Shown here: piece after piece, positions 38,656 through 49,109 of the stretch
Numbering within the stretch: the first letter of the stretch is position 1
Layout: every line of letters starts with the position of its first letter
DNA from: Acidobacteriota bacterium
Lineage (GTDB): Bacteria; Acidobacteriota; UBA890; WLXD01
NCBI GenBank assembly: GCA_963666055.2
Contig: CAXWPH010000015.1
Coordinates: 1,760,001 to 1,824,000, forward strand
Length of the DNA: 64,000 bases
Direction: 5' to 3'
Program-made: the position numbers and the translations under genes
The notes under the pieces: model-generated
Database searches by the model: none
The model's input: only the letters and a program-made list of their open reading frames with translations
Told to the model about the DNA's origin: nothing

Positions 38656-39876
38656 CGCCGCGTGCAGCAGGACATTGGCGCCGGCCTCGAGATCGTCAGG
38701 CTCGGCGTGCTCGGCTTCGTTGTGGCTGATCCCGTTCTCACAGGGCACGAAGATCATGCTCGTGGGTGCGACCCGGGAGACGTAAACCGCATCGTGTCCG
38801 GCACCGCTGACGATCTCCATCGCCGCGCAGCCGACGGCCTCGGCAGCTTGGCGCACCGCGGCGATACAACCGGAGTCGAACGCCACCGGAGCGGCGGACC
38901 AGATGTGGTCGATCGAATACTCCAGCCGAGCAGCGGCGGCCACTTCCGCGGCCGCCGCGCGCAGACCCGCATCCATCGCCTCGAGCTCGGCTTCCTCGGG
39001 GTGTCGAATATCGACGGTGAACTTCACACTCGCCGGAACCGTGTTTCGTGAGCCCCTGCCGGTGTGCAGCTCGCCTACCGTTGCCCGCCCCGACGGCGCC
39101 CGATCGGTTGCCAGCGCGTAGATCTTCGATAACAGCGCCGCGGCGCCGGCGAGCGCGTCGCGACGCATCTCCATCGGGGTGGGCCCAGCGTGCGCCTGGT
39201 CACCGGTCAGCACGACGTCGTACCAGCGCATGCCCTGCACGCCGGTGACGATGCCGACCGGCGTAGCAGCGCGCTCGAGAATCGGACCCTGCTCGATGTG
39301 CAGCTCGAAACACGCCCCCAGGGGGTGGTCGCCGACCGTCTCGTCGCCGCGGTAGCCGATCCGATCCAGCTCCTGGCCGATGGTCAACCCTTCGTGATCG
39401 GCGCGGCTCCAGGCGTACTCGAGGTCGAACACGCCGGCGAACGCTCCCGACGAGATCATCGCTGGAGGAAAGCGGGCGCCTTCCTCGTTGGTCCAGTTGA
39501 TCACCTCGAGCGCCGCCTCGGTCTGCACGCCGGCGTCGTTGAGCGTGCGTACTACCTCCAGGCCAGCAAGCACGCCGTAGGCGCCGTCGTACTTCCCACC
39601 GGTTGGCTGGCTGTCGAGATGGCTGGCCATGGCCACCGGGGGCAGGCTGTCGTCGGCGCCTGGACGACGGGCGAACATGTTTCCCATCGCGTCCACGGCG
39701 ACGCTGCAGCCGGCATCTGCGCACCAGCGGGCAAACAAATCTCGCCCTTCTCGGTCGCCGTCCGTCAGCGCCTGACGATCGACGCCACCCTTCGGGGTGG
39801 CTCCGATCGACGCCATCTCCATCAGGCTCGAAAGCAGGCGCCCACCGTCAACGCGCAGGCCGTCCGCCACGCTCAA
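38602..39876 (-). CDS. M20 Zn-dependent amidohydrolase (N-carbamoylase/beta-ureidopropionase-like)
   Basis: SHLDSQPTGGKYDG, NWTNEEGARF, ELHIEQGP, SGAGHDA and GISHNEAE. Confidence 0.9.
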   Translation of the reverse strand: MSVADGLRVDGGRLLSSLMEMASIGATPKGGVDRQALTDGDREGRDLFARWCADAGCSVAVDAMGNMFARRPGADDSLPPVAMASHLDSQPTGGKYDGAYGVLAGLEVVRTLNDAGVQTEAALEVINWTNEEGARFPPAMISSGAFAGVFDLEYAWSRADHEGLTIGQELDRIGYRGDETVGDHPLGACFELHIEQGPILERAATPVGIVTGVQGMRWYDVVLTGDQAHAGPTPMEMRRDALAGAAALLSKIYALATDRAPSGRATVGELHTGRGSRNTVPASVKFTVDIRHPEEAELEAMDAGLRAAAAEVAAAARLEYSIDHIWSAAPVAFDSGCIAAVRQAAEAVGCAAMEIVSGAGHDAVYVSRVAPTSMIFVPCENGISHNEAEHAEPDDLEAGANVLLHAALAWAGVVGFHCAKVGRA

Positions 39877-39936
39877 GGCGACCCCGGACCCGATTGCAGC
39901 AGCAGCGCCGAGGTCGCCAGAACCGAGAACACGCGA

Positions 39937-41109
39937 CTACGATCCGGCGCGCTGTTCGTGCGGACGCAACAGCATGCGCCCGATGATATGGCGCTGGATC
40001 TCGCTGGTCCCCTCCCAGATCCGCTCGACGCGAGCGTCGCGCCACATGCGCTCCAGCGGCAGCTCCGACACCAAACCCATGCCGCCGAAGATCTGTAACG
40101 CCTCGTCGGTCACACGTCCGAGCATCTCGCTGCTGTAGAGCTTTGCCATGGCGGCGTCTTGCTCGGTCATCGTTCCCTGGTCGTGCTTCCAAGCGGCTCG
40201 AAACGTCAGCAGCTCGGCCGCCTCGAGCTCGGTGGCCATGTCGGCAAGCTTGAACGACACGCCCTGGAAGCGGCCGATGGTTTGGCCGAACTGCTTGCGC
40301 GTGGCGGCCCACTCGGTGGCGATCTCCAGAGCACGCCGTGCTTTGCCAATGGAGTTCGCCGAGGTGCCGATGCGCGCCGCCGACAGCCAGGTATTGGCCA
40401 GATCGAATCCCTTGCCCTCCTCACCGAGCATCTTCGAGGCCGGAACGCGGCAGTCGTCGAAGAACAGCTCGCAGTGGTGGAAACCGCGAAGCCCTACGGC
40501 CTGGGAGCCACGGTGCCAGGTGAACCCCGGGGTGCCCTTGTCGACCAAGAACGTCGTAATGCGGGCCTTCGGGCCGCGCCGCGTCTCGTCGACCCCGGTG
40601 GAGACGAACAGGATGATGAAGTCGGCCACGTCGGCATAGGACGCGAAGTGCTTGGAGCCGTTGATTACCCAGTCATCGCCGTCCTGGACGGCGCGCGTGG
40701 TGATACCGCGAACATCGGAGCCGGCGTCAGGCTCGCTCATCGAGACGCAGTCGAAGCGCTCGCCGCGAATGCACGGCATGAGGTATTCCTCGATCTGCTC
40801 CGGCGTGCCCCCTTGCAGGATGTTGCTGGGGCGGTAGACCTCCCAGTGCAGCGCCAGGTTGGTGCGACCGAGCTCACGCTCCATCAGCATGTGAGTCACG
40901 GTATCGAGTCCACCGCCGCCCAACTCCTCGGGCATGTTGGCGGCCCAAAGCCCGGCGTCCATCGCCGCCTTTCGTATTTGCTGGCGCAGCTCGTCCGACA
41001 GCTCGCAGGTGCGCTCGACTTCCTCCTCGTGCGGAACGAGCTCTTTTTCGACGAAGGCGCGGACGGTCTCGACGACCATCTCCTGCTCATCGGATAGCTG
41101 GAATTCCAT
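39937..41109 (-). CDS. Acyl-CoA dehydrogenase
   Basis: MSEPDAGSD, INGSKHF, RKQFG, QIFGGMG and RDARVERIWEGTSEIQ. Confidence 0.93.
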   Translation of the reverse strand: MEFQLSDEQEMVVETVRAFVEKELVPHEEEVERTCELSDELRQQIRKAAMDAGLWAANMPEELGGGGLDTVTHMLMERELGRTNLALHWEVYRPSNILQGGTPEQIEEYLMPCIRGERFDCVSMSEPDAGSDVRGITTRAVQDGDDWVINGSKHFASYADVADFIILFVSTGVDETRRGPKARITTFLVDKGTPGFTWHRGSQAVGLRGFHHCELFFDDCRVPASKMLGEEGKGFDLANTWLSAARIGTSANSIGKARRALEIATEWAATRKQFGQTIGRFQGVSFKLADMATELEAAELLTFRAAWKHDQGTMTEQDAAMAKLYSSEMLGRVTDEALQIFGGMGLVSELPLERMWRDARVERIWEGTSEIQRHIIGRMLLRPHEQRAGS

Positions 41110-41241
41110 GGCGTCACGCTTCCTTCAGCCTTTGATGGGCGTTGTCCGTCATCCTCTCGCGAGCACGGGGGGAGATTCCACGGTGCGCGGATGGTACCGG
41201 CCCCCCACCGCCGACGCGAACCGTGCGAGTATACGGAGCGC

Positions 41242-41521
41242 CTAGCAGGCCGTGGTGAAAGTGTGGTGGGTCTGGCGACAGGGTCTTGCGAAGTGGAGGC
41301 AAGGAGAGAGGAGGTAGGCGATGGTTACCCCATCGTTGACGAGGAACGACGCAGCATACGCGCGCAACCCCCTGTCGCCCGAAGGGTTACGGCGATTTGG
41401 GGCCATCTGCGGTGTTGGCCTTTCTCGACGATGGCTAGGGCATCGCCTGTGTCAGGCCGCCTTGCATCTGGCCCCAACTCGCCGTAACCAGACCCACCAC
41501 ACTTTCACCACGGCCTGCTAG
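41242..41521. mobile_element. MITE family B, complete (280 bp), inverted relative to the 16159 copy
   Basis: Perfect 34-bp TIR with CTAG ends. Interior is the reverse complement of the 16159 copy. Lies between divergent genes. Confidence 0.92.
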
Positions 41522-41586
41522 AGTCAGAATTCCCGGGAGGCGCGTGGCGCTTCCAGATCGAGCTTCGATCCGATCGCGAGCGACCG

Positions 41587-42507
41587 ATGGACACATCCTT
41601 CAGAACACGACACCCGGGCGGCAACACCCCGGCCCTCGACGACTGGGGCATCAGCTCTGAGCACGGCGCTCTGCGGGACGTGCTGCTGGGGCCGCCGGAC
41701 AGCTTCTACTGGATGGCGGACAACGCTCAGTTCAGCTCGATCTCGCGCGCCACGCTGGAATCAGGCGAGGAGTTCGACCACGAGCTGGCGACGCGGCAGC
41801 ACGTCGAGATGGTGGATGCGTATCGATCCGCGGGAGTGACCGTGCACCTGCTCGAGGTCGACGAGTCCACCCCGTACCAGGTATACGCGCGCGACTCCAG
41901 CTTCATGACGCCCTACGGCGCCGTCGTCTGCCAGCTCGCCAACCCGCGAAGGCGCGGTGAGTACGCCTCGGTCCTGCGGTTCTATGCCAGCGCTGGGATC
42001 CCGCTCTACGACCTGGTGTCGGCGGGCAATTTCGAGGGCGGCGACTTCAACATCATCGGCCCCGACTGTGTGCTCATCGGCTATACCGGATTTCGCTGCG
42101 AGGAGGTCGCCGCAAAACAGATCGGCGGCTGGATGGAGGCTGAGGGCTGGGAGGTTCGCTACGCCCCGATCGACCCGTTCTACGTGCACATCGATCTGAT
42201 GGTCTGCATGCTGGCCGAGAAGGCATGCGCCGTGTGTCTGGAGACCACCGATCCGTCGATTGTGTCGTGGCTCGAGGGCAAGGGCATCGAGATCGTGCCG
42301 GTGAGCTTCCAGGACACCATGACGCTGGGCTGCAACGTAATGTCGCTGGGCGACGATCGCATCCTGTCGACCGCCGACAGCACCGACCTGAACGCGCGCC
42401 TGCGCGCCATGGGTTTCGAGGTCTACGATCCCGACGTGTCGATGTTCACCAAGGGCGGTGGTGGCGTGCACTGCATGGCGCAGCCGTTGCGGCGCGATCC
42501 TGTCTGA
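41587..42507 (+). CDS. Amidinotransferase/dimethylargininase (pentein) family protein
   Basis: YARDSS, RRGE, FEGGD, HID and a C-terminal GGGGVHCM catalytic Cys. Confidence 0.88.
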   Translation: MDTSFRTRHPGGNTPALDDWGISSEHGALRDVLLGPPDSFYWMADNAQFSSISRATLESGEEFDHELATRQHVEMVDAYRSAGVTVHLLEVDESTPYQVYARDSSFMTPYGAVVCQLANPRRRGEYASVLRFYASAGIPLYDLVSAGNFEGGDFNIIGPDCVLIGYTGFRCEEVAAKQIGGWMEAEGWEVRYAPIDPFYVHIDLMVCMLAEKACAVCLETTDPSIVSWLEGKGIEIVPVSFQDTMTLGCNVMSLGDDRILSTADSTDLNARLRAMGFEVYDPDVSMFTKGGGGVHCMAQPLRRDPV

Positions 42508-42650
42508 GCGGAGAGCGCCTGCCGAAACGACGCCCGGCAACTATCGCGGCGCCGACCTACGTCAACTGACTTCGATTCTCCACACCGCCGGCCAGCCTCT
42601 TATGATCAAGTCGAGCCGCGGAACGGGGGGAGGCATTGGCCGGTAACCGA

Positions 42651-44960
42651 ATGAAAGAACCGCAATATCTGCCGCCGGCGCTGCGAACGCTGGTGGGCGA
42701 TGTCCAGGCGATCCTCGGCGAGGTCGTGGCCGTGGCCGAGGGCGCCGAGCTCTACGAGATCATCGAGCGGGTGCGGCGCGACATGGTCGCGTTCCGCGAA
42801 GCTTCGAGTCGACGCGGGCGTGCCGGTGCGCTCGCGCGCGGCAGGCGACGGCTTGTCGCCCTCCCGGTAAAACGCCAGCTGCTGGTGGCTCGCGCCTACA
42901 CCCTTTACCTGGAGCTGGTGAACGTGTGCGAGAACGCCTTCCGGACCCATCGGCTGCGCGAACGCCGGCGCGCGCCGTCGGAGGCGCGGGCGTGCATGAC
43001 CTTCGTGCTGACGGCGCATCCCACCGAGTCGCGCTCGCCGGAGAACATCCGGCTGCTGCGCCGCGTCCAGGATCTGCTGGTGGAATCGCTGGAGGCGGGT
43101 CGACCCATCGACCGATCGCAGCTCGGCAACCTTCTCCAGCTCGCCTGGCGCGTCGGCACCCACCCGCCGCACAAGCCGACGGTCGAGGACGAGGCGGCGC
43201 ACCTGTACTCGCTACTCACCGACCCGATCCTCGACGAGATCGTCGCGCTCAACGCCTCGGGCCACCGGTTGCTGCTGCGCACCTGGGTCGGGGGCGACAA
43301 GGACGGGCATCCGGGCGTGGGAGCAGCCCAGAGCCGGGCGTCGCTGCAGCTCGCTCGGCAGCGATTTCTCGAGTTCGTGGAGACCGGCCTGATGGCGGCG
43401 GTTCGCGAGGACGCCGCGTTGCTCGGCAGCCTGCCGGTCGATCGGGCGCAGGCGGGCCTCGAAGAGGCGCTCGCAGCGGTCCGCAGGGTGAGGGCCGGCG
43501 ACGGCGGCCGCATCCTGAAGCTCCAGCGAAGCGTCCAGCGCTTCCAGTCGGCCTACCGGCGCCGTCTGTCGGCCGAGCAGCCGCAGGTGACGAGCCTGGC
43601 CACGCTGCTCGACGTCTTCCCCGCGCTCGTCGTGCCGCTGGAGCTGCGCGAGGAGCGCGGCCGGTTCGAGCGCGGCACCCCGATCGCCGCCATGCTGCGC
43701 ACTCTGGGTCGAATCGCCGACGGCGGGCAGGTCGACTGGTACGCGCGCGGCTGCGTGGTGAGCATGACGTCCGAGGGATCTGACCTGATTCAGGCGCAGC
43801 GCCTCGTGACGCGGATGCTTGGCCGGCCGCTCATCCCGGTGATCCCGCTCTTCGAGTTGCCCGAGGTGATCGCGCGGGCTCGCGTGATTCTCAGCGATGC
43901 CTGGACGGATCGTGAGTTCCGCTCCTGCGCACGTCGGCGGGGCCAGGTCGAGGTGATGCTTGGCTACTCCGACACGGCCAAGCGCATGGGCATGCTGGCC
44001 AGCCGAGTCGGGGTCCATCGAGCAATGCGCGAGCTGGGGGCCTGGGCCGAGCGGCAGGACGTGCGGATGGTTTTCTTCCATGGCTCCGGCGGCAGCGTCG
44101 GGCGGGGCGGGGGCACGATCGACGACCTGGCGGCGACCTGGCCGCCCGCCGCGCTTTCGCTGTACAAGCACACGCTCCAGGGGGAGATGATCGAGCGCAC
44201 CCTGGCGACACCGGAAATTCTCCGCAGTCTCGTGCACAAGGTGGCTTCGATCCAGACCGACCCGCCCGCCTATCGCGGCGTCGGCAAGCTCGCCGCCGAG
44301 CTGGCGGAAAGCTCGGAGCGCGTCTTCGCCGAGCTCGTCGGCTCCGAGACGTTCCACGACCTGCTCCGCGACGCGACGCCCTACGCGCGGCTCCAAGCGC
44401 TGACGATCGGCTCACGTCCCACGCGGCGCGCAGGCGCCGCCGAGAAGGCGGGTCTCGAGAAGCTGCGCGCCATTCCGTGGGTGCTATGCTGGACTCAGAC
44501 GCGGCTTCTGCTCCACGCCTGGCTCGGAATCGGCGAAGCGTGGAGCCGGCTGGCTGAATCGCGCGACGCCGTCAAGCGCCTGACCTCAGCGCGGCGCCGC
44601 GACCCGCTGCTGCGCAGCTACCTGCGCCTGCTGTCGTTCACCCTCGCCAAGACCGAGCCCGAGCTCTGGCTCGCCTATCGCCGGGCGCTGGCGCCGCGGG
44701 CGGTACGCAAGCTGGCGCGCAAGCTCGATGGCAGCTATGCCGCCGCCGTCGAGCTCGCCTGCTCAGCCACCTCCGAAGGCACCCTGCTGCCCGATCGACC
44801 TTGGCTCGAGGAATCGATCCACTACCGGGCGCCGATGATCCACCCGCTCAACTTGCTGCAGATCGAGCTGCTCTCGAAGCCGCGCTGGAGCCGCGCTGAG
44901 CAAAGCCTCTTCCGCGAAACCGTCACCGGCATCGCGTCCGGAATGCTCACGACGGGCTGA
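42651..44960 (+). CDS. ppc: Phosphoenolpyruvate carboxylase, compact and divergent
   Basis: VLTAHPTE, WVGGDKDG, VMLGYSD, FHGSGGSVGRGG, QGEMIE, IGSRP, LRAIPW and C-terminal GIASGMLTTG. Confidence 0.88.
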   Translation: MKEPQYLPPALRTLVGDVQAILGEVVAVAEGAELYEIIERVRRDMVAFREASSRRGRAGALARGRRRLVALPVKRQLLVARAYTLYLELVNVCENAFRTHRLRERRRAPSEARACMTFVLTAHPTESRSPENIRLLRRVQDLLVESLEAGRPIDRSQLGNLLQLAWRVGTHPPHKPTVEDEAAHLYSLLTDPILDEIVALNASGHRLLLRTWVGGDKDGHPGVGAAQSRASLQLARQRFLEFVETGLMAAVREDAALLGSLPVDRAQAGLEEALAAVRRVRAGDGGRILKLQRSVQRFQSAYRRRLSAEQPQVTSLATLLDVFPALVVPLELREERGRFERGTPIAAMLRTLGRIADGGQVDWYARGCVVSMTSEGSDLIQAQRLVTRMLGRPLIPVIPLFELPEVIARARVILSDAWTDREFRSCARRRGQVEVMLGYSDTAKRMGMLASRVGVHRAMRELGAWAERQDVRMVFFHGSGGSVGRGGGTIDDLAATWPPAALSLYKHTLQGEMIERTLATPEILRSLVHKVASIQTDPPAYRGVGKLAAELAESSERVFAELVGSETFHDLLRDATPYARLQALTIGSRPTRRAGAAEKAGLEKLRAIPWVLCWTQTRLLLHAWLGIGEAWSRLAESRDAVKRLTSARRRDPLLRSYLRLLSFTLAKTEPELWLAYRRALAPRAVRKLARKLDGSYAAAVELACSATSEGTLLPDRPWLEESIHYRAPMIHPLNLLQIELLSKPRWSRAEQSLFRETVTGIASGMLTTG

Positions 44961-44970
44961 CGGCGTTCGC

Positions 44971-46896
44971 CTACTCCTCGTCGTCGGCGACCGCACCCGA
45001 TTTCACGATCGGCAGGATCACGTGCGACGGGTACTGCGCCGAGTGGTGGACGATCTGGTTGGCCACCACCCACTCGGTCTCGTCGTAGTTGTTGCCGCCG
45101 GTGTTGAGGTTGCGGTCGAAGCGCGGGAAGTCGCTGCTCGTCACGTCGACGCGGATCCGGTGCCCCTTGCCGAAGTAGTTGGACGACGAGTGCAGGTCGA
45201 GGCGGATCTCGTAGACCTCGCCTTCCTCCATCCAAACGGGTACCGAGTCGTTGTCGCGGTAGCGCACCCGGCGCGCGCCTTCCTGGATGTTGAAGGCGCG
45301 TCCATCCGGGTAGACGTCGACGAGCTTGAGCATGAAGTCGGTGTCCTTGGCGTCGGAGCCGACGTAGAGAACCGCGCTGATGTCGCCGCTCATCTCGAGG
45401 CCTTCCTCCAGCGGCTCGGACGTATAGACGAGGATGTCGGCGCGCATCTCGTTGTTCGACTGGTCATAGCTACCTGAACCGTCAGGCAGGCCCGTGCAGC
45501 AGGTGTTGCCGCCGCGCGTCGGCACCGGAGTGCCCGGATCGTAGGTGTAGCGATCGGCCGGCTGATCGCCGCTCGGCGCGCTCCAAGACAGCGTGCCGTC
45601 GCCGAAGCGGCTGTTGGCGCGGCCGTCCGACTGCAGGAAGATCTTGGTATCGGTGGTCCCCTGCGGCGGCCACACTTCCGACTCGCGCCACTCGTTGGCG
45701 CCCATCAGGTAGTACTGCACCCGCGGCATGTCGGTGATGCCGTTGTCCTCACCGTCGAGCCAGTGCGACATCCAGCGCATGTAGATGTCGAGGAAGTCCT
45801 TGCGGGCGTCGCCGAGCTCACGCTCGCCGATGATGGTGTTCTCGGTGGCGCGGGTCCAGCCGCAGTGGGTCGACGGGGCGACGATGACGAACTGGTTGCT
45901 GCGGGCGTGCTCGCTGACCGCATTGTCGCGCATCTGGTTGAACATCGTCAGCGTCTCGTCGACGCCGAAGTCGTACCAGGAATCGATGTACAGCGCCGGT
46001 ACGTCGAAGGTGTCGTCGGAGCGGATGAAATCGTTGTCGTAGAAGTAATCAGACTCGGGCGGGTTGGTGAGGTACTCCTCGTAGTCGGTGTGCGTCATGC
46101 CGGTGTTCTTGACGAGGTCGATCACCGGTAGAGCGTCGAAGGCGCCGACGCGGCTGCGGCGGCCGCCACCTTCGGCGCCACGACGAGGGTCGGCGTAGTT
46201 CTCGAACTTGCGCGCCATCTCGCCCTTGAACCACTCCTCGCGGTCGACCCAATCCGGTGGCTGCAGGAACACTTTGCTACCGGCGCCCATGAACCAGCCG
46301 GCGGTCTGCGCCAGCTCGAACACGCCGCCGTCGTAGGACGCCCAGGGCCGCCCCGGTGGGTAGTAGGCCGACGAGGGCGCCGCGGGTATCGCGGCGATGT
46401 GATTGGGGTGCTTGGAAGCCGCCAGCGCCAGCTGCGTCTCGCCTAGGTACGAGCAGCCGAAGCTGGCCACCTTCTGGTTGGACCACGACTGGTTGATCAT
46501 CCACTCCACTGTGTCGTAGCCGTCCTCGCGGTCGGAATAGCGCAACCGGTAGTTGCCTTCAGACTCGTAGCGGCCACGGATGTCCTGCACCGCCACCACG
46601 TAGCCCTTGTCGACGAACATCGAAACGGTGGTGCCTCGGCCACTGTTCTCCTTGTTGTAGGGCGTCCGGATGAGGACGGTGGAGCGCGGACCCTCGGCAC
46701 CAACGGGGAAATAGATGTCGGTCGACAGCCGTACGCCATCGCGCATCGGCACCATGTTGCTGCGGTCCCGACGCACCTCGTAGCCGTCCTGGGAGGCACC
46801 CTCGGAGGCCCAGCCAGCAGCACCACCGGGCACCGATAGGGAAATGACCAACACTGCGATCGCGATCAGGGACCAGCTTGCTTTCTTTCCACGCAC
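44971..46896 (-). CDS. CocE/NonD (S15) family hydrolase, exported, paralog 1
   Basis: PMRDGVRL, IRTPY, QDIRGR, GCSYLG, WYD and RFDRNLNTG. GGAGG 5 nt before GTG 46896. Confidence 0.9.
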   Translation of the reverse strand: MRGKKASWSLIAIAVLVISLSVPGGAAGWASEGASQDGYEVRRDRSNMVPMRDGVRLSTDIYFPVGAEGPRSTVLIRTPYNKENSGRGTTVSMFVDKGYVVAVQDIRGRYESEGNYRLRYSDREDGYDTVEWMINQSWSNQKVASFGCSYLGETQLALAASKHPNHIAAIPAAPSSAYYPPGRPWASYDGGVFELAQTAGWFMGAGSKVFLQPPDWVDREEWFKGEMARKFENYADPRRGAEGGGRRSRVGAFDALPVIDLVKNTGMTHTDYEEYLTNPPESDYFYDNDFIRSDDTFDVPALYIDSWYDFGVDETLTMFNQMRDNAVSEHARSNQFVIVAPSTHCGWTRATENTIIGERELGDARKDFLDIYMRWMSHWLDGEDNGITDMPRVQYYLMGANEWRESEVWPPQGTTDTKIFLQSDGRANSRFGDGTLSWSAPSGDQPADRYTYDPGTPVPTRGGNTCCTGLPDGSGSYDQSNNEMRADILVYTSEPLEEGLEMSGDISAVLYVGSDAKDTDFMLKLVDVYPDGRAFNIQEGARRVRYRDNDSVPVWMEEGEVYEIRLDLHSSSNYFGKGHRIRVDVTSSDFPRFDRNLNTGGNNYDETEWVVANQIVHHSAQYPSHVILPIVKSGAVADDEE

Positions 46897-46998
46897 AGGT
46901 GCCTCCGGAGGCGAGGTGATTCGGGCAGACACAGATCGGCTGGCGGATCTGTATCACGTTCGCCGCCGCGTGTAGAGGGGCAGCGAGGTTGCCGCCGG

Positions 46999-48945
46999 CT
47001 AGTTTTCGTCGTCGGCCACCGCTCCCGATTTCACGATCGGCAAGATCACGTGCGACGGGTACTCAGCGGAGTGGTGCACGATCTGATTCGCCAGCACCCA
47101 CTCGGTCTCGTCGTAGTTGTTGCCACCGGTGTTCAGGTTGCGGCTCCAGCGCGGAAAATTGGAGCTCGATACCTCGACACGGATGCGGTGGCCCTTGGCG
47201 AAATAGTTGGACGCGGCATGCAGGTCCAGTTGAATCTCGTACACCTCGCCCGCTTCCATCCACACCGGGACGGAAAGATTGTCGCGGTAGCGCATCCGCC
47301 GCGCGCCCTCCTGGATGTTGAAGGCACGACCATCCGGATACACGTCTACCAGCTTCAGTGTGAAGTCGGTGTCCTTCGCATCGGAGCCTACGTACAGCAC
47401 CGCGCCGAGATCACCGGTGACCTCGATGCCTTCCTCGAGCGGCTCGGAGGTGTAGACCAAGATGTCGGCACGCATCTCGTTGGTCGACTGGTCGTAGCCG
47501 CCGGAGCCCTCGGGAAACCCGGTGCAGCAGGTGTTGCCGCCCCGGGTGGGGACGGGCGTCGCCGGATCGTAGGTGAAGCGATCGGCCGGCTGATCGCCGG
47601 AGGGCACTGACCACGACAGCGTGCCGTCGCCGAAGCGGCTGTTGGCGCGACCCCCCGACTGCAGGTAGATCTTCTCGCTCGTCGTGCCCGAAGGCGGCCA
47701 GTAGTCGTCGCTGCGCCACTCGTTGGCGCCCATCAGGTAGTACTGCACCCGCGGCATGTCGGTGATGCCGTTGTCGTCGCCCTTGAGCCAGTGGGCCATC
47801 CAACGCATGTAGATGTCCTGGAAGTCCTTGCGCGCATCGCCCAACTCACGCTCGCCGACGATGGTGTTCTCCGTGGCGCGCTCCCAGCCGCAGTGGGTCG
47901 AGGGGGCAACGATAACGAACTGGTTTCTGCGCGCCCGCTCGCTCACCGCCTTGTCGCGCATCTGGTTGAACATCGTCAGCGTGTCGTCGACGCCGAAGTC
48001 GTACCAGGAGTCGATGTAGAGCGCCGGCACGTCGAAGGTGTCGTTGGAGCGTATGAAGTCGTTGTCGTAGAAGTAGTCCGACTCCGGCGGGTTGGAGGCG
48101 TATTCCTCGTAGTCCGTGTGGGTCATGCCCCGGTTCTTGACGATGTCGACGATCGGCAGATGCTGGTACGCCTGGAAGGCATTCTCGCGACCGGCGTCCG
48201 GATAGACCATGAACTTGCGCGCCATATCGCCCTTGAACCACTCCTCGCGATCGATGTGGTCCGGCGGCTGCATGAACACCGTCGTGCCGCTGTTGAGGAA
48301 CCAGCCGGCGGTCTGCGCCAGCTCGAACACGCCCCCGTCGAACGACGACCACGGCCGCCCCGGAGCGTAGTACGCGGCCGACGGCGCCTGCGGCATCGCC
48401 GCGATGTGGTTCGGATGCTTGGCAGCCGAGAGCGCCAGCTGCGTCTCGCCCAGATATGAGCAACCGAAGGTGGCGACCTTCTGGTCCGACCACGGCTGGT
48501 TGATCAGCCACTCGACGGTGTCGTAGCCGTCGTCGCGGTCCGAGTAACGCACCCGGTATCGCCCCTCCGATTCGAAGCGGCCGCGGATGTCCTGCACCAC
48601 GACCACGTACCCCTCGGAAACGAACGTCGGGATCCAGCCGGGGTCGTCGGCCAACCGAGTGCGGCGATAAGGGTAGGTGTTCTCCTTGTTGTAGGGAGTG
48701 CGGATCAGGATCGTGGAAAGCGGCCCCTCGGCGCCGTCCGGAAAGTAGATGTCGGTCGACAGGAGCGCCCCGTCGCGCATCGGCACCATGTTGCTGCGGT
48801 CCTTGCGTACCTCGTAGCCGCCTTCGTGACCCTCCTGTCCGGAAGCCGGGGCAGCCGACCATCCTGCGGCGCCGCCGGGAGTGGCCAGCGCGATGGCGAG
48901 CGCGGCGATTACGATCACGGACCAGCTTGCCTTCTTTCCAGGCAC
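46999..48945 (-). CDS. CocE/NonD (S15) family hydrolase, exported, paralog 2
   Basis: Same motifs and highly similar to paralog 1. GGAGG 5 nt before GTG 48945. Confidence 0.9.
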   Translation of the reverse strand: MPGKKASWSVIVIAALAIALATPGGAAGWSAAPASGQEGHEGGYEVRKDRSNMVPMRDGALLSTDIYFPDGAEGPLSTILIRTPYNKENTYPYRRTRLADDPGWIPTFVSEGYVVVVQDIRGRFESEGRYRVRYSDRDDGYDTVEWLINQPWSDQKVATFGCSYLGETQLALSAAKHPNHIAAMPQAPSAAYYAPGRPWSSFDGGVFELAQTAGWFLNSGTTVFMQPPDHIDREEWFKGDMARKFMVYPDAGRENAFQAYQHLPIVDIVKNRGMTHTDYEEYASNPPESDYFYDNDFIRSNDTFDVPALYIDSWYDFGVDDTLTMFNQMRDKAVSERARRNQFVIVAPSTHCGWERATENTIVGERELGDARKDFQDIYMRWMAHWLKGDDNGITDMPRVQYYLMGANEWRSDDYWPPSGTTSEKIYLQSGGRANSRFGDGTLSWSVPSGDQPADRFTYDPATPVPTRGGNTCCTGFPEGSGGYDQSTNEMRADILVYTSEPLEEGIEVTGDLGAVLYVGSDAKDTDFTLKLVDVYPDGRAFNIQEGARRMRYRDNLSVPVWMEAGEVYEIQLDLHAASNYFAKGHRIRVEVSSSNFPRWSRNLNTGGNNYDETEWVLANQIVHHSAEYPSHVILPIVKSGAVADDEN

Positions 48946-49109
48946 GGGTGCCTCCGGAGTCGAGTGGGTCGAGCGCACGATTGGATGGTGGATCTGTACC
49001 ACGTTCTGCGTCGAGGTTGGAGGGGTGCTTGCGTACTACCCGCCCTCGCCGAGGCGTGCCGGGCCTCACGATCGGAAGAGACCGATCACGGGGTACATCC
49101 AAACGCGCT

